Below are positions 12,901 to 25,993 of a stretch of DNA of 64,000 nt, piece after piece. Below the pieces are notes generated by a model, which did not search any database, was not told where the DNA came from, and saw only the letters and a list, made by a program, of their open reading frames with translations. A program made the translations under genes and the position numbers. The first letter of the stretch is position 1. Each line of letters starts with the position of its first letter. The stretch covers positions 53,010,001-53,074,000 of the forward strand of contig NC_091475.1 of assembly GCF_036971445.1 (NCBI RefSeq), read 5' to 3'. The DNA is from Narcine bancroftii (Eukaryota).

Positions 12901-13055
12901 CAGGGGTGGCCTTTTAATTTTTTATTTAGACATACAGGCCATTTCAGCCCACGTGTCTGTGCTGCCCAATTACCCTACAATCCAGGTACATACTCTTTGG
13001 CCGAAATGGCCTGTAACCGTGCTGTATGTCTAAATTAAAAGTTTTGCCACCCCTG
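12901..13055. mobile_element. Small hAT-ended element containing two inverted SINE tails
   Basis: TIRs CAGGGGTGGC / GCCACCCCTG; internal atttagacatacaggccatttcagccc.. and ..ggccgaaatggcctgtaaccgtgctgtatgtctaaat. Confidence 0.7.
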
Positions 13056-14939
13056 GACTCGATCATCCACATGTATGCCTTATGCCGTCAAAGGTGAAAT
13101 GATCAGAAGGATGCATTTTGAGAATAGAAAGTAAGAAAGAGCAACAATCTTTATTCTGGCTGAATGTGACATGCCTTTGGACGCTTGTTTTCCATGAAAA
13201 CATGATTCGGGCATGTCACGAGGAATTATGTGGAACTGTGCTAATGATGTTTAAGTGGTGGAATGCAGTGAGGCTTGGTCAGTGCAGGTCTGTGGGCAAA
13301 TAGATTGAGGACAAAGTTGAAGGAAAGAATGCGCAACTGTTTGGAGAGTAAAAGTGACATTACATGTATCAAAAATTCTCAGCTCCCAAAAAGAAAAAAT
13401 GGTGATATCAAGAACTAAAGACGTGAAATCACAAAGTTAAACAAGAATTCAGCACGTAGAATTCGAAATTAACTGCAAATTTATGGAGGGTCCATTGCTT
13501 TTAACCTCCTTGCTTGTGGCATGCTGTATGAATGGAAATGAAGTTCTCCAATACCAGACCATGGTGAACAAGAATGCCATATAAGGCAACATAATGAAAT
13601 GATCTGGCTGCAACATTATAATGTCCTGAATTTAATTCATGAGGCAGAAATTGAATTTTATTATAGTTTTGACATAATGTAGAAGAAGCTCAAACATTGA
13701 CATGTGTGAATAATCCAACTTAATTAATTGAACCAAAAGATTGTTTTAATTGTATAAATTAAATGTATGATTAGGATGGAGCTGATGAATTTGTGAAAAT
13801 GCCTCAGCAATGAAATTGAAGTTGATCCTTTAATTTATTTCACACTTTGAGTCTCTGTATGGTTGATATCCCGATATTTTCAAACAATTGCAAATGTTCT
13901 CTTGATTTTAAAGCTGGTTCATATAACATTCCAATCACTAACCTGGAATAGAGGATTTCAAGCAATAGTCATTAGCGAATCCTGCATTGGCATGGTTCAG
14001 AAACCTTACCTGTTGTCCACTTCAGTACATGGGCTATTTTAGTTCCATTGAATATCTTGTATAGAGTTTTGTCGTACATTAAATGAGTTCTGCTTTTCAG
14101 TCTTTTAACTATTTGGTACCTTCAAAATACCTGAGATTGATAGGACTGGTGCCTCACTTCCCACTGCACCACAAAATGAACAACTACTCCAGACAACTGG
14201 AATCGTTACAAGCGTAAAATCTCATTGCGGAGGTAAAATGCGAGTTTCAATTAATCAGTTTATTGCTTACAGTTTGATCTGGCCTATTTTGTATCTTGCA
14301 CTCAGGCATCTATTATGTTATTCTAATTACATTTTGGAATAGTAAGCTGTGGATGATTAATCAGGAGACAGTTTTTCAATTAGGAAATTCTAAAGGGAGT
14401 AAACTTGTTCCCAGGAGTTCAAATGTACAGAAATATTGAGGCTGAGATGAATAGCAGATAGTAGAATGCATTTTATCTTTGCGCATTTCACCCTTCAACA
14501 ACCAAGATGCCTGGTCTTTCACCAGCATGACTGAAATGGCTGCTATAAACAACCGAGAAAACTTCACTGGTGGATTTAAGGTGACTTCATGGAGTAGTCA
14601 GTTGACCAGGGAATTTGATGTTCAACTTGGATTCCAAAACTCTTCCTTCATCAGACACCAAAATTGGAAATACAATAACTGCCGCAAAAATGCACAGTAA
14701 AGCAACAATACACTTGCTTAGAAATACAAGAGATATAATGTTTTGATATTTATTACTTCAGGTCATCTTCTTAACCATGAAAGAAAGAGCATGTTTGGAA
14801 GATTTAGTTGAAAACTAGGTATCTTTATGAAGAATGAAGTCACCCTCCTGAGCTGAATGAATGTCAAAGATGACCAAATTTTACAGAACACAACTGATAA
14901 TTGTTATAGTAAATGTTTAATTTGATGGGTTAAAAAAAA

Positions 14940-15745
14940 TTACAAGAAGAGACTTGGACAGCTTAGGAGAGCAGGCCAAGAAATGGCAGTTGAGATACCA
15001 TGTTGAGAAATGTATAATTGTGCATTTTGGAAGAGGAAATAAACAGGCAGATTATTATTTGGATGGGAAAAAAATTCAAAGTTCAGAAGTGCAAAGGGAC
15101 TTGGGGGTCCTTCTGCAGGATAACCTAAATGTTAACCACCAGGTTGGATCGGCAGAAAAGAAAGCGAATGCCACGTTGGCATTCATTTCAAGAGGAATGG
15201 TGTGTAAGAGTAAGGAGGTGTGGATGAGGCTCTATGGAACACTGGTGAGACCTCATTTGGAGTAACTGTGTGCAGGTTTGGGCCCCTTATCTTAGAAGGG
15301 ATATAATGATGTTGGAGAGAGTACAGGGAAGATTTACCAGGATGATTCCTGGAATGCAAGGGCTAACATATGAGGAACGTTTATCGGCTCTTGGACTGTA
15401 TTCACTGGAGTAGAGAAGAATGAGAGGGGATCTCACAGAAACATTTTGAATGCTGAAAGGATTGGACAGAGTAGATGTGAATAAGATGTTTCCCTTGGTG
15501 GGTGAATCCACTTCAGTACATTAGAATTAGAATTAAAACAGATGAGGAAAAATTTATTTTGCCTGAGGGATGTGGATTTGTGGAATTCGTTGCCACATCC
15601 AGCTGTTGTGGAGGTTGGATCATTGGGGGAGTTTAAGGAGGAGATTGATAGGTATCTAATTAGACAGGGGATCAAGGGATATGGGGGAAATTCTGGAAAT
15701 TGGAACTAAATGTGAGAATGGTTTAGCTCAGGGAGGAGTTGTGAT
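14940..15745 (+). mobile_element. CR1 LINE, 3' portion
   Basis: Peptides WQLRYHVEKCIIVHFGRGN..QRDLGVL..LYGTLVRPHLE..CVQVWAPYLRRD (CR1 ORF2 C-terminus), with stops. Confidence 0.92.
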
Positions 15746-16199
15746 CTACATACCTTTTCATGTTTTCCAAACCATATCTCTGTTGGTATTGGTCCGTGCT
15801 GTTGCAGTTTTATTCCTGGACTTCCAGGGCATTTTGGTTCAGAAGTCCATGGATGAACAGATTTGGGATTTATCATGAAAAGTGCCCAGTGCAATGAAAA
15901 AGAGATAAAGGTCAATATTTGCAGAGGTTAGACCACAGGGCATTTGTTTAAAAACTGCATATTCTGCTGCAGAAAAGATTTTTTTTAATGTGTTGAGAGC
16001 AAAAATTAACAAGAAATCACCCACAATGGGACACTATAATTGTGGGGGAAATCAGCCTATTGCAGTGTCACAATCTGATCAGAGAAAGTTGAAAGTTCTT
16101 TTGTGTTTCGATTCAATGAAAAAGAATAAAAACATCTCTATGTTCGTTCAGGCAAGGGGAGTTCCATTTAAAATCTTAAAAGCGAGTGCGGCAGAACCG

Positions 16200-16320
16200 A
16201 GAAACACAAAACTGAAGCTGCTGGAATCTTAAGCAGATGGCAAGTTGCTGGAGGAACTCAGCAGCTTAGACAGCATCTGTGGAGAGAAATGGTTAGTCAG
16301 TGAACCCTTCATCATCACCT
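16200..16320 (-). mobile_element. Penelope-like terminal repeat fragment
   Basis: tgctggaggaactcagcagcttagacagcatctgtggag..aacccttcatca. Confidence 0.6.
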
Positions 16321-16936
16321 CAGGATAATTTTGTTACCAGGAGGGCTAAACAATTATTGACTATAGTGGTTTGGCAGAAGGCAGGCTTGAAACAGAGAAC
16401 ACCATCTTTTCAACGAAGATGATTAGGATTCAGGGAAAAGAACAGGGCAGTGGAATTAAGTTATGGTGTAATCTAGCAGGGGAACTGCTGCTTTTGGTTA
16501 CGCTCCGTGTGGCGATTCAGTAAGTGAACATTCTAAATGAGGACAGTGGCAAAGGTCACAAATCATGAGCCCAACCCTGGAGATGGCAGCACATAACTTT
16601 CTGTTGCTGATCATCTTGATTAACCTCACCTATCCTCAGATGTTCCCATGCCAACTAAAAATTGCACGAGCAATGAGAGATGAAATGAGAGAAGTTCAAC
16701 CATGTTTGTACTTTGATATTTGGAAATACAAGTTGCTGACAGGTTGAAATTATCATTGCTTCCCAGAGGAGATGTATGGTGTAAGTAAACAGACCTTTCT
16801 GGAATCGATTCCTTTTGTTTAGATTCAAAAGACTGAAGGGTTTCCAGAATAAAAGTTTCAAGTTATTAACATGAATAGGTCAATAAATTAGTGAGAAAAA
16901 ACTTTGCACTAGTTTTTAAACCGAGAACAAATAGAA

Positions 16937-17307
16937 CAGTGGTTCTCGACCTTTTTCCACTCACATACCACTTTAAGAATTCCTGATACCATCAGGGCTC
17001 TGTGATTAGTAAGGGATTGCTTAAGGTGGTATGTGGGTGGAAAGAAAAAGTTTGAAAACCACTGTTTGAATCATACCTGATTGACTCATTATGTGCATGG
17101 TTTCATAACTCCAAAGGAAATGGGCCAATGACAATTTTTCTCAAGCAAAATATTTCAGTAACAATTGGGTCGAGAGCAGTGATTCTCCACCTTCTCTTCA
17201 CACTAACATACAACCACAAGCAATCCTTTACTGATCACAGAGCACCGATGGCATAGTGATTATTTGAAGTGGCATGTGAGTGGTAAGAAAAAGGTTGAGA
17301 ACCACTG
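16937..17307. mobile_element. hAT/Charlie-type composite MITE, copy 2
   Basis: Same TIRs and internal structure as copy 1; flanks aaatagaa / aagtcgaa. Confidence 0.9.
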
Positions 17308-17629
17308 AAGTCGAAGCTGGAGTCAGACCTTTCAGAAGATAAGGAATCACTTTGGTAGTGGTGGAAGACAATTAATATTAGCACAGTGTTTTATGAGCCA
17401 AATGAGGAGTTGTCACTGATCAGTCATCAATGGCAGATCATGCTTCGCAGATGAATTGGTATATTCCTTTTGCTATCTTCTGCATAAGACCGTGCCCACC
17501 ACCTCTTCTCGGATGAACTACAGAAGAAGGAATCATCACAGCTGGTGTGCTCCCCTGCTTCCAGAAACACCAGAACCTAGATCATGTATTGCCATTTCAG
17601 AAATAATTTTGACCTCTCATTTTTGCATG

Positions 17630-18870
17630 TCGATTTAAAGACAAAGAATGAGCACATTTTTATTGCACAGACCAGAGTCAAAGCCAATGGAAAAGAGAGG
17701 GCATAAAAGGAAGCACAAATTAGTGGGAAGATAGAGGATTGGGAAGTTTTTAGAAACCTGCAGAAGGTAACTAAATAACTCATAAGGAGAGAATAGATGA
17801 AGTATGAAAGTTGGCTAGCAAATAATATCAAAGAAGATGCAAAAACCTTCTTCAAGTCTATAAAGATTAAGATAGTGAGAGATTAAATCTAGGACCACTA
17901 GAAAATGATGCTGGAAAAATAATAATTGGTGATAAGGATGAGGCTGAAGAACTGAATGACAATTTTGCATTGGCAGTGTGTCAGAGGTCGAAGGGTATCA
18001 GGGAAGGGAAATGAGTGTAGTTACTGTTTCAAGGGAGAAGGTACTCAGAAAGCTGAATAGTAAAGGGTTTACAACTCCCAGATCAGATGGATTTCACCCT
18101 CAGATTTTGAAAGAAGTAGCCATAGAGATTGTGATAATTATCTTTCAGGGACCATTAGATTCTGGGATGGTCTGGGAGCAATGGAATATCGCATACTTCA
18201 CCTCACTATTCAAGTCGGTAGGGAGGCAGCAGAAAGGAAATTATAGGCTGGTTAGTCTGACGTCAGTGGTTGGGAAAATGTTGGTGTCAATTGTCAAGGA
18301 TGAGGTTATGGAGTACTTGGCAAGGTAGGCCAAAGCCAGCATTTTCCTTATGGGAAAATCTTGCTTGACAGGCCTATTGGAATTATTTGAAGAGGTATCA
18401 AGCAAGCTCGAAAAGGAGATGCAGTGGATGTGGACTATTTGGATTTTCAGGTGGACTTTGACAATGTTTTGCATGAGGCTACTTAACAAGGTAAGAACCT
18501 CTGGTATAACAGGAACCGTGCTCAGTATTTGAGGAAGGATGTCCTTGCATTGGAGGCAATGCAGAGAAGGTGGACTGGGTTAATTCCTCAGATGCAGGTT
18601 AAGAAGAGTTGGGCAAATTAGGCCAAGATTTGTGAGAGAAGAAGAATGACAACTTATTGAATCATAGAAGATTCTTAGAGGGTTTGACAGGGTAGATACT
18701 AAGAGAGTGTTTCCCCTGGTGAGGTTTATCTACAACCAGAAGGCACCGTTTCAGAACACTCCATGTCAGATGGAGCAAAGGAAAAAGTTTCAAAGAGGCA
18801 TAAAACTTTGGACTTCATATCAAAAGACAGGAGTGAAGGGGGAGTCATTGGATATTTTCTCAGATAGAAA
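17630..18870 (+). mobile_element. CR1 LINE remnant (RT region and 3' part, internally deleted)
   Basis: Peptides SDGFHPQILKEVA..GNYRLVSLTSVVGKML..GKSCLTGLLELFEEV. Confidence 0.88.
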
Positions 18871-18922
18871 GTGCATCTCATCCTCAGCATCCCAAGGATG
18901 CAGATGTTTTAAAACTCCAAGT

Positions 18923-19125
18923 TGTAGTGATTGGGATTCACGGGCGGTGTCCTGAACTGACGACTGCTTCCCAGCCCCTCCCCCCCACGGGCCCTTATAT
19001 AACCCTGGTTTCCCATCTAAACCCTGAACCCCTCTGAAGCCTGTTCATGAACCCTACCTATGTTGTAAGCTCAGAAAAGAGTTATTTCTACCTCCAGTCG
19101 AGTATGAGCTTTTATCTGCCCTACA
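18923..19125 (+). mobile_element. Probable solo LTR (Gypsy-like)
   Basis: TGTAG...CTACA termini and internal TATATAA; no clean TSD. Confidence 0.55.
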
Positions 19126-19147
19126 ATGATGAAACTACTGTCCCAAG

Positions 19148-19366
19148 TGTAAATGTCATGACCTTTCCTAGTTGACCCTGCTCTCATTGCCTGGCTCATG
19201 ACTCCTCCCCCTTTCCTCCCTATAAAGACTGTCATGCCACAAGCCTGCCCCCAGTTCGAGTCCAGGTCAGTGTGAACGACCAACAGAGGGATGCTGTCCA
19301 TGTCTTGTAAATAAAAGCCTTCAGTCTTGGCAATTTCAGTCTTTGTGTAATTGATTGTGCTTCGAT
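19148..19366 (+). mobile_element. Probable LTR remnant
   Basis: TATAAA (about 19221), AATAAA (about 19310) and a gtaattgattgtgc end typical of short Gypsy LTRs. Confidence 0.45.
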
Positions 19367-20870
19367 ATGAATGTTAGTAAAGTAAGAAACACCAATTTTC
19401 AGAACTTATTTACAAACCATTGTTGCAGAAAACAAAAAAAAAGTTTATTGTGGAAAACTTGTTTCCGTCACTGTTATTTGACTGCAGCAAATTTGATTTA
19501 ACTGCTCTTACATCTCTGACATGCCATTCCATTTTTGGATTGGAAATTAAAATAAAAGCTTTTTCTCTTACAATCCTGTATCTCTCTTTGTTCTTTCAAC
19601 AAACCAAAAGTGACGAGAGGAAGTTCATTTCATTCCTTTTGCTTCTGACCTTGAGGTGAATGTGTGAATTTCCCTTTTTCCTTCCTTTCTTCAGATAAAT
19701 TGAGAGTGGGGTTTTCACTCTGAGGGATCATTATCATTTTTATTCTTTGAACCAAGGAACTGCTTGACTTTTAACTTCTGGGCTGGGCTGAATCGTCCTG
19801 CAGATTAAACTTGCGGAAGACATGCCACCACAGATATGTATATCCCTTGCTGCAAAGTTGAATTATTAAAATAATTCTAATGCATCTTGATTTGAAGTGG
19901 TGCAAATTGTGACTTTGGTATTATGCAGGTTTAAATTTGCAGCATCTAACTTCATAATTATATGTTGTGAACATTCCAATTATTTAAATCAGCATTTACT
20001 ATGCACAAACAGAAGTTGAAGCACTCTGAGTAATAAAGCATGAGCTTTTGTTTGCCTCAAGATTAATAAAGAAGTACAAAAGACACCAGTTGCAATCAGT
20101 TTGCTTCATCAGCCCAAGTGGCAGTTCACAAGGGACATCACGGTGTGAAAATTACTAGCTTCTTGAATAGTCTGTGAAATAGAAGTGGAGATGGACTTTT
20201 AGTGTCTTGTAATTTAGCTAACTGATAAAGAATCTATTGTTCTACCCACTACAACAACCCATTTCTTAAATGTATCTTGAGTTTCGGGTCCATAACCTTT
20301 ATCTTTAGCAGAATTGTCATGCATCACTCCTCGATGTTTTCTCGAAAGCTGGCATCAATGTCAACTGTGTGTTTCAATCCCCAGAAAGTGTTATGGACAC
20401 AATTTGATCTCAACTTTTTCCAACTTTTCTTCTGACATGTTGGCTAAATCTTTTAGTCTTGCATTTCCTTCATTGATCCTCCAGGAAATCCTTCCCTTGA
20501 TGCGGCACTATTAGAATTGCAATTGTCCTGGCCTAATCTGTCGATGTTTGAAAATGTATGTACTTATCCAAGCTGGCAAAATTCTCAGGAATTCTCAACA
20601 CTCACATGACATCATTGATCATATCCCTTCTTTTATCATTGAAGAAATAATGTCAGACCCAGGTTTTGTCATATAGGGTGAATTAATTAAGCCCTGAAGA
20701 TGTTGGTATTATAATTCATCAAAAAAAGATTCACCTCTCTTTTAGTAGGGAACAAATGTTTCTTTATAATTGGAATGATTTTTGCTGAAATAACAGAGAG
20801 AGGAGACAGCTTGTGAATAAAATATCAATCATCGTGTTCCGTCGTGAGTTTTTTTAGTGTATTGTGTGAG

Positions 20871-21075
20871 TGTAGCAACTGAGTCGCAGTGTGAAATGAA
20901 GGAGAAAATGATCAGACGTAGTCGAGTCGAAGTTCAGTAAAAGTCGTTACTCAAACAGTCACCTCCAGCTTTTTAAAAACCCACGTGTTCCAAATGACGT
21001 CATCACATTGTGACATAATGACGTCACTCGGAACCTCCTGAGCTGGTTCGATTAAGCGTCTGGTAAACTGCTACA
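20871..21075. mobile_element. Probable solo LTR
   Basis: Perfect 7-bp terminal inverted repeat TGTAGCA / TGCTACA; CpG-rich interior; flanks tgag / agag. Confidence 0.6.
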
Positions 21076-21895
21076 AGAGAGCCATTTTTCTCTTTCTCAC
21101 CAGTTCCAGTCTGTGTGCAATGTATTTTTGAAAGACCCTTTTTTGCAATATTCTAATTATTTTAAATATATTTAGCAATCAACCATCATAACAAATACAG
21201 AACATCAAGAAAACTCCTCACACCCCCCCCCCCTCCCCTCTATGCAAGTCCTGTTAATCAGAGAAAGAATGAAGAGAAAGAAACACAAAAAGAACATTCG
21301 ACCGTCAGTGCGTTCAGTAAAAAACATGGAGACACGATAACACTGAACAACATTGTTAAAAACTTTAGAGGTCTAAGATTCTTATCCATTTTGCCTGTCT
21401 TGTGACGTCTTTGTGAGTATTGAAATTAGAGCAGAGGATTCAGTGCAGGCACAGTGGACCAAAGACATACTGTGTGATTTGATTAAATGTCATTCAACAC
21501 GTTGTGATTCACAGAGATGCTCACTTTCTCAGTCTTTTGTTGTCTCTGTGCACCTTTTTAATCTCTCATGAATGCCCTTATTAGTTTCCCTCCATGCTCC
21601 CCCGATCTCCACTTGCCAATCTTGCTCTGCATTGGAATCTTTTGATGAACCACTTGTAATCATGATTCCTCAACATTTATCGATAATCATTTGTTCTGCT
21701 CACTGAATCTTTAATGGAATTCCTTTACATATTAAGACCATTGTGCTTGGTTTTGTTTTGGTAACCCTATAATGGCAAAAGAATCAAAGTACTAAATTTA
21801 CGAGCTGGAAGAAAGAGACCTGAGAGACTTTTCACTATGTATAAAGCTTTTGCTTGTTTTTCTTCTTGCTCTCATCGATGTGAATCTGTATCTAC

Positions 21896-22486
21896 ATGCT
21901 CTTTCAAGCAAGGAAAATGCCTGACTGTAAAGACCTTTCTGAATGAACTATGGCCGGCTCTGAGGTGCCAAATCCAATCCTTCTCAGGGAAGGATAATCA
22001 GCAGAGCGCTGCGCTCTCCAGCCTGGCTTCAATATCTAGTGGCTGCAAGTGGCTGCTTTGGGGCGGGCTGATGACACCGTCAGCTTGCGACCCATCTTCC
22101 CACTCACACCTCAAGCCAGGGCCAGTGGGGCCATCAGGGGGCAGGTGGTGCGGGCTGTGACATCTGCTTTGGCCTTCAGGCCGCTCTCTGCAGCTCAAAA
22201 TGCAGCAGAACAATGGCCGTCTTCCCTACCCATGGTCCCCCACACAGGTAGAACTGTTCTGGGAAATAGAGCGGTTCCAGCTGCATGGGGGATTATAGGT
22301 AGGGAAAACTGCCATTGCTCTGCCACGTATTTATGGTGGGAGGTGCAACGGAATCAGTCGCCCCACCTCCATCGGCTCTGGAGGGGAGGCATCACTCAAT
22401 ATGGCTGCTCTATGCAAGGTAAGTTTTAAGATTTCCCTCCACGCTTGTAGCCAGCCTCTAGGTGGAAGCCTGGCATGAAATGGCCT
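21896..22486. mobile_element. PIF/Harbinger-like MITE (family C), copy 1
   Basis: Collinear with 26444-27187; internal hairpin 22203-22324; flanks tac / gac. Confidence 0.75.
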
Positions 22487-22719
22487 GACGTCACATGTTT
22501 CCTTTTGTTTTCTTGGTTCACAGAATCACACTGTGGATGTCCATTCAGCCCATTGTGACGTCACCAGTCAGATACCATCTTATTCCTCGCCTATTTCATT
22601 TGAAATGTTGATCTTGTTCAGTTTGAAGTAATTATTGAATATTCATTGCATATCCTTGATGCTACAGCATTCTCGATCACCTGCATTTTTTCCCTTGCAT
22701 TGCTTTCAACATTTAAGAG

Positions 22720-23380
22720 AGGTTGAAAATTTATGCAAACCATGCCTGAGGGTTTTGCCTGCTCTAGATCAGCGCAGTTAATTGTTTTTCAGGGAGCACT
22801 CCTGCATTCACCTGTAGTGGGCCTCCTCAGCATAACTGTTGTCTGCCCAACAACAGTGGTATATTGGCATCATTGAGTGCACTTGCTTCACTTCTGGTGT
22901 ACAATGTTAACCTCTCTTCTCAACTCAAGACACAAGAACATGATTTAGGAGTCATATGACAAATATAAATCCCAACCATTGCATTGATTTCTTGCATATA
23001 GCACCTCCCAGCAAGTTGAGATTCCTGCTTTTATGTCCATATATTGGGGTGTCATCATGAAATTTCCCTTCCTTCCCAATGTTGATTGTTTCAATGACGT
23101 GGCATGCAGGTCCGAACTGAATCCTATGGTCCAGTTTTATCCCATGAGTGGGGTGCAAAGCCTCCTCAAATATTTTCACCACGGTTGATATCAGGAGGTC
23201 ATAGTGGATGCCAGTTCTGTGTGAAGCACACCAGATAAGTCTCAGCTTCAACTTCCAGGAATTGATTTGTCTGCCATCACCTTTAAAAAGGTGCCGTGAG
23301 ATCTGTCGTCTGCAGCCACAAGGACAAGCACTTTGGTTTGGTGTTTTATCTAAACATTGGCATTCACAGTACAATGACTC
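22720..23380 (-). mobile_element. Very old RTE-type LINE RT fragment
   Basis: Minus-strand degraded motifs resembling TVVTIFKK, GVKQGCVIAP and YADD. Confidence 0.45.
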
Positions 23381-23384
23381 CTTA

Positions 23385-23750
23385 ACCCCTTTTCCACTGG
23401 CACTTTGTCCCAGGAAATAAGGGGGAATTGACCAGTTAAGTGTCCAGTGGAAAAAGAAAACAATCACCATGCTGACGTCAAATCACACTGGGGATTGATA
23501 GACTCTACCCCTACTCATATCCCTGGCGTTAGCTGATGCCAACATGCTGATTAAACCAGTGGAAAAAGGACAACTTCCATCCATCCCATTCCATTTGAAG
23601 GTAGGCTCTCCAATCCCTAGGGATGATTTGTGTTCAGTGGCAAAGCAGTCAGTGTCCTGGTTAAAGGTGGCCGAGTGGAAACAGCACAAGCGGCTTCCTA
23701 CCTCAGGCAACTGCACGGCCTCTTAACTGGGATGCCAGTGGTAAAAGGGC
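23385..23750. mobile_element. MITE family B, copy 2
   Basis: TIR accccttttccactggca / tgccagtggtaaaagggc, TA on both flanks; near-identical pseudo-ORFs to copy 1. Confidence 0.85.
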
Positions 23751-25394
23751 TACAATTTTACTCAGCCCAGACAAAGTGGGGATTGAACCCAGAACTCGAA
23801 GCTTCATCAGGTCACAATTAACGTGTAAGTTAACAGGATTTTTTTTTAATCAGAGACTTGACAACTTTTAAAGCCTTTCCTATGAAAGATTCATCTGACA
23901 AAGAAATGTGCGGTCACTGAATATCGTGTGGATTATTCTTCAGCTGTTGAGTCTTCTTGCATGAGGTGAGGGGTGTATGTATGTTTCTCCACACATAGCT
24001 GGAAGTTTGGATAATGGTTTCTAGAGTGTACCTGGTAAGCTTACCTAAACACATCTCAGTTGTGTAATTGCATTTCAAAAATTGGAGTCCTTCAGGGACA
24101 CAAATTAAATTACAATGTTGTTAGCTTTGCAGCACAGTTTGCATCTGAAGTCTCTCTACTGCACTGATGGGGAAACTTGGCAAACCATGAATCACCAACA
24201 GTTACTGCACTACTCCATTTGTGGCTAGAGCTGATTCTATTTTGTTTAGTTAACGTTTTCATTAAAATATTTTATTGCTCTGAGAATTGTAAGCTTTCTA
24301 GTGAACATCTTAAATGACTCCTGGGAATGTAATCAAGATTGAGCGATAATTTTAGCTAATAAGATTTAACAAATTGCAGCTAACGGCCGGGATTGCATGC
24401 TTAATTTTTGCAGCCATTTGCTGAGAATTGTTCTGAAAGGTTAGTGGAAGATTTGGCACGGCTTTAGGTTTTTTTCAAGCTTGCATTTACCCTCTGAAAG
24501 ATTGTGTTCAATGCACAATTATGCTTTCCCTTTGCCAGGCATAGACAGATGTACATTTCACATTCAAAATTTACTGATTCAATTTTGGCTGTTTTTAAAG
24601 TGTCCTCAAGCTGAAATGAAGAACAATCTTTATAGACTTAACCTTTGCTCAACTTCAGCACAAAAGTGATTTGGTAATAGTGCAAATATGGAATTAGCCA
24701 AGTAATTTGTTTTTAAAACGATTATGTACAATAACATTGTTTTAATTGTTGGCACTGGTTTAATGTTTTAATACTCTGCATGTCCTGAAACAAACAGTTC
24801 AGAATGAATATAAAGTGCAGATTTTATTCTTAAAAAGTCAATTTAGCTGGTTATGTTTGTGCACAGCTTTACTCAGCCATACCTCACAAGTAATGGATTG
24901 CCTGAGGGAAGGAAGTATGCAGAACACATTTGTATCAGTCGGACTCCATGAAACATGTTATATGCCTCCTCAGCATTAACTCAGATAGCTTTGCTTCTTT
25001 ATCTCAGAATCAATCCCAACAAATAGAAAATGTAAAAAAATTTAGAATACATTTGAGCACCAATTTCTTTCTACATCTGTGTATGGATTTTTTTCTCCAA
25101 AATGAAACCAAGATTTGCAAAGCATTTGTTTTTAATATTTTGTACTCATTCCCACCATTTATCTGTGGATTGTTCCATCTTTCCCTAGATCCCCTCTTCA
25201 CTTGTTCCTTCCCTCTTAGTGATGTCCACAGGCTCCAATCTATTTATCAGTCAAAGTAAGTCTGTTTCCTGTGTTCACCTCTGAGGTTGTCTCCAAATGT
25301 CAACCATACCCCAGAAACCTGAACCTCCAAATAGATTTCAGATTTATTGACATCACATACAACCCTGAGATTCCTTTTTCCTGTGGCGTAACAG

Positions 25395-25690
25395 GGAAAC
25401 CCCAGCTGAAGTGCCTGCTGTGATTGGGGGGGGTTGTTGGGGCAGAGGGGTCAGAGCGATCACCGGGGGCAGATGGGTCAGCTGCTGCGGGGTGGGGGGA
25501 GCATAATTGATGGTGGAGGGGGTGACTGACAGCTGGTGGGGGGATCGATAATTTGCGTGATACGTCACCTACGGCGTCATCGCGGGGATCGGGCTCACTG
25601 GGTAGACCCCATCCAAACTTGAAAGGAGCTGACTAATCACACCTGTGTCCCTGGAGGGCTACCCAGGTGCTGCAGCATAAAAATGCCCAC
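25395..25690. mobile_element. GC-rich DNA-transposon fragment related to 36526-36937
   Basis: Shared end ggagggctac(cc/gt)aggtgctgcag(ca/tt)taaaa. Confidence 0.5.
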
Positions 25691-25699
25691 TGCTTTCCA

Positions 25700-25993
25700 T
25701 GAAACCTGCCCGCCTTTTCTTTCCCCTCCCCTTCTTTCCTGTCTTTCCAGTTCTTCCACCCACCCAGCTATTCCTCTCCCTCTCATTGCTGCTGCCCCCT
25801 CCCTCCTTTCTCCACCTATCATCTCCTGCCACCCTCCCTTCCCCCTTCTTCTCTTTTGTTTGGGCGCTTGCCAGCATTTTCTCATACTTTGATGGAAGCT
25901 TAAGCCCGAAACATTGGTTATGTATCTTTCCCTTTGCTTCATAAATGGCCCTGTTTGACCTGCTGAGGTTCTCCAGCATTTTGTGTTTTTACT
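25700..25993 (+). mobile_element. Penelope-like 3' terminal region with hammerhead-like core
   Basis: CT-rich tract, then ttgatggaagcttaagcccgaaacattgg and gacctgctgaggttctccagcattttgtg. Confidence 0.75.

Noticed and set aside
3817-23726. Similar ORF pairs (MLIKPVEKGQLPSIPFH..) suggesting a duplicated gene
   Set aside because: Both lie inside copies of the same non-coding MITE.
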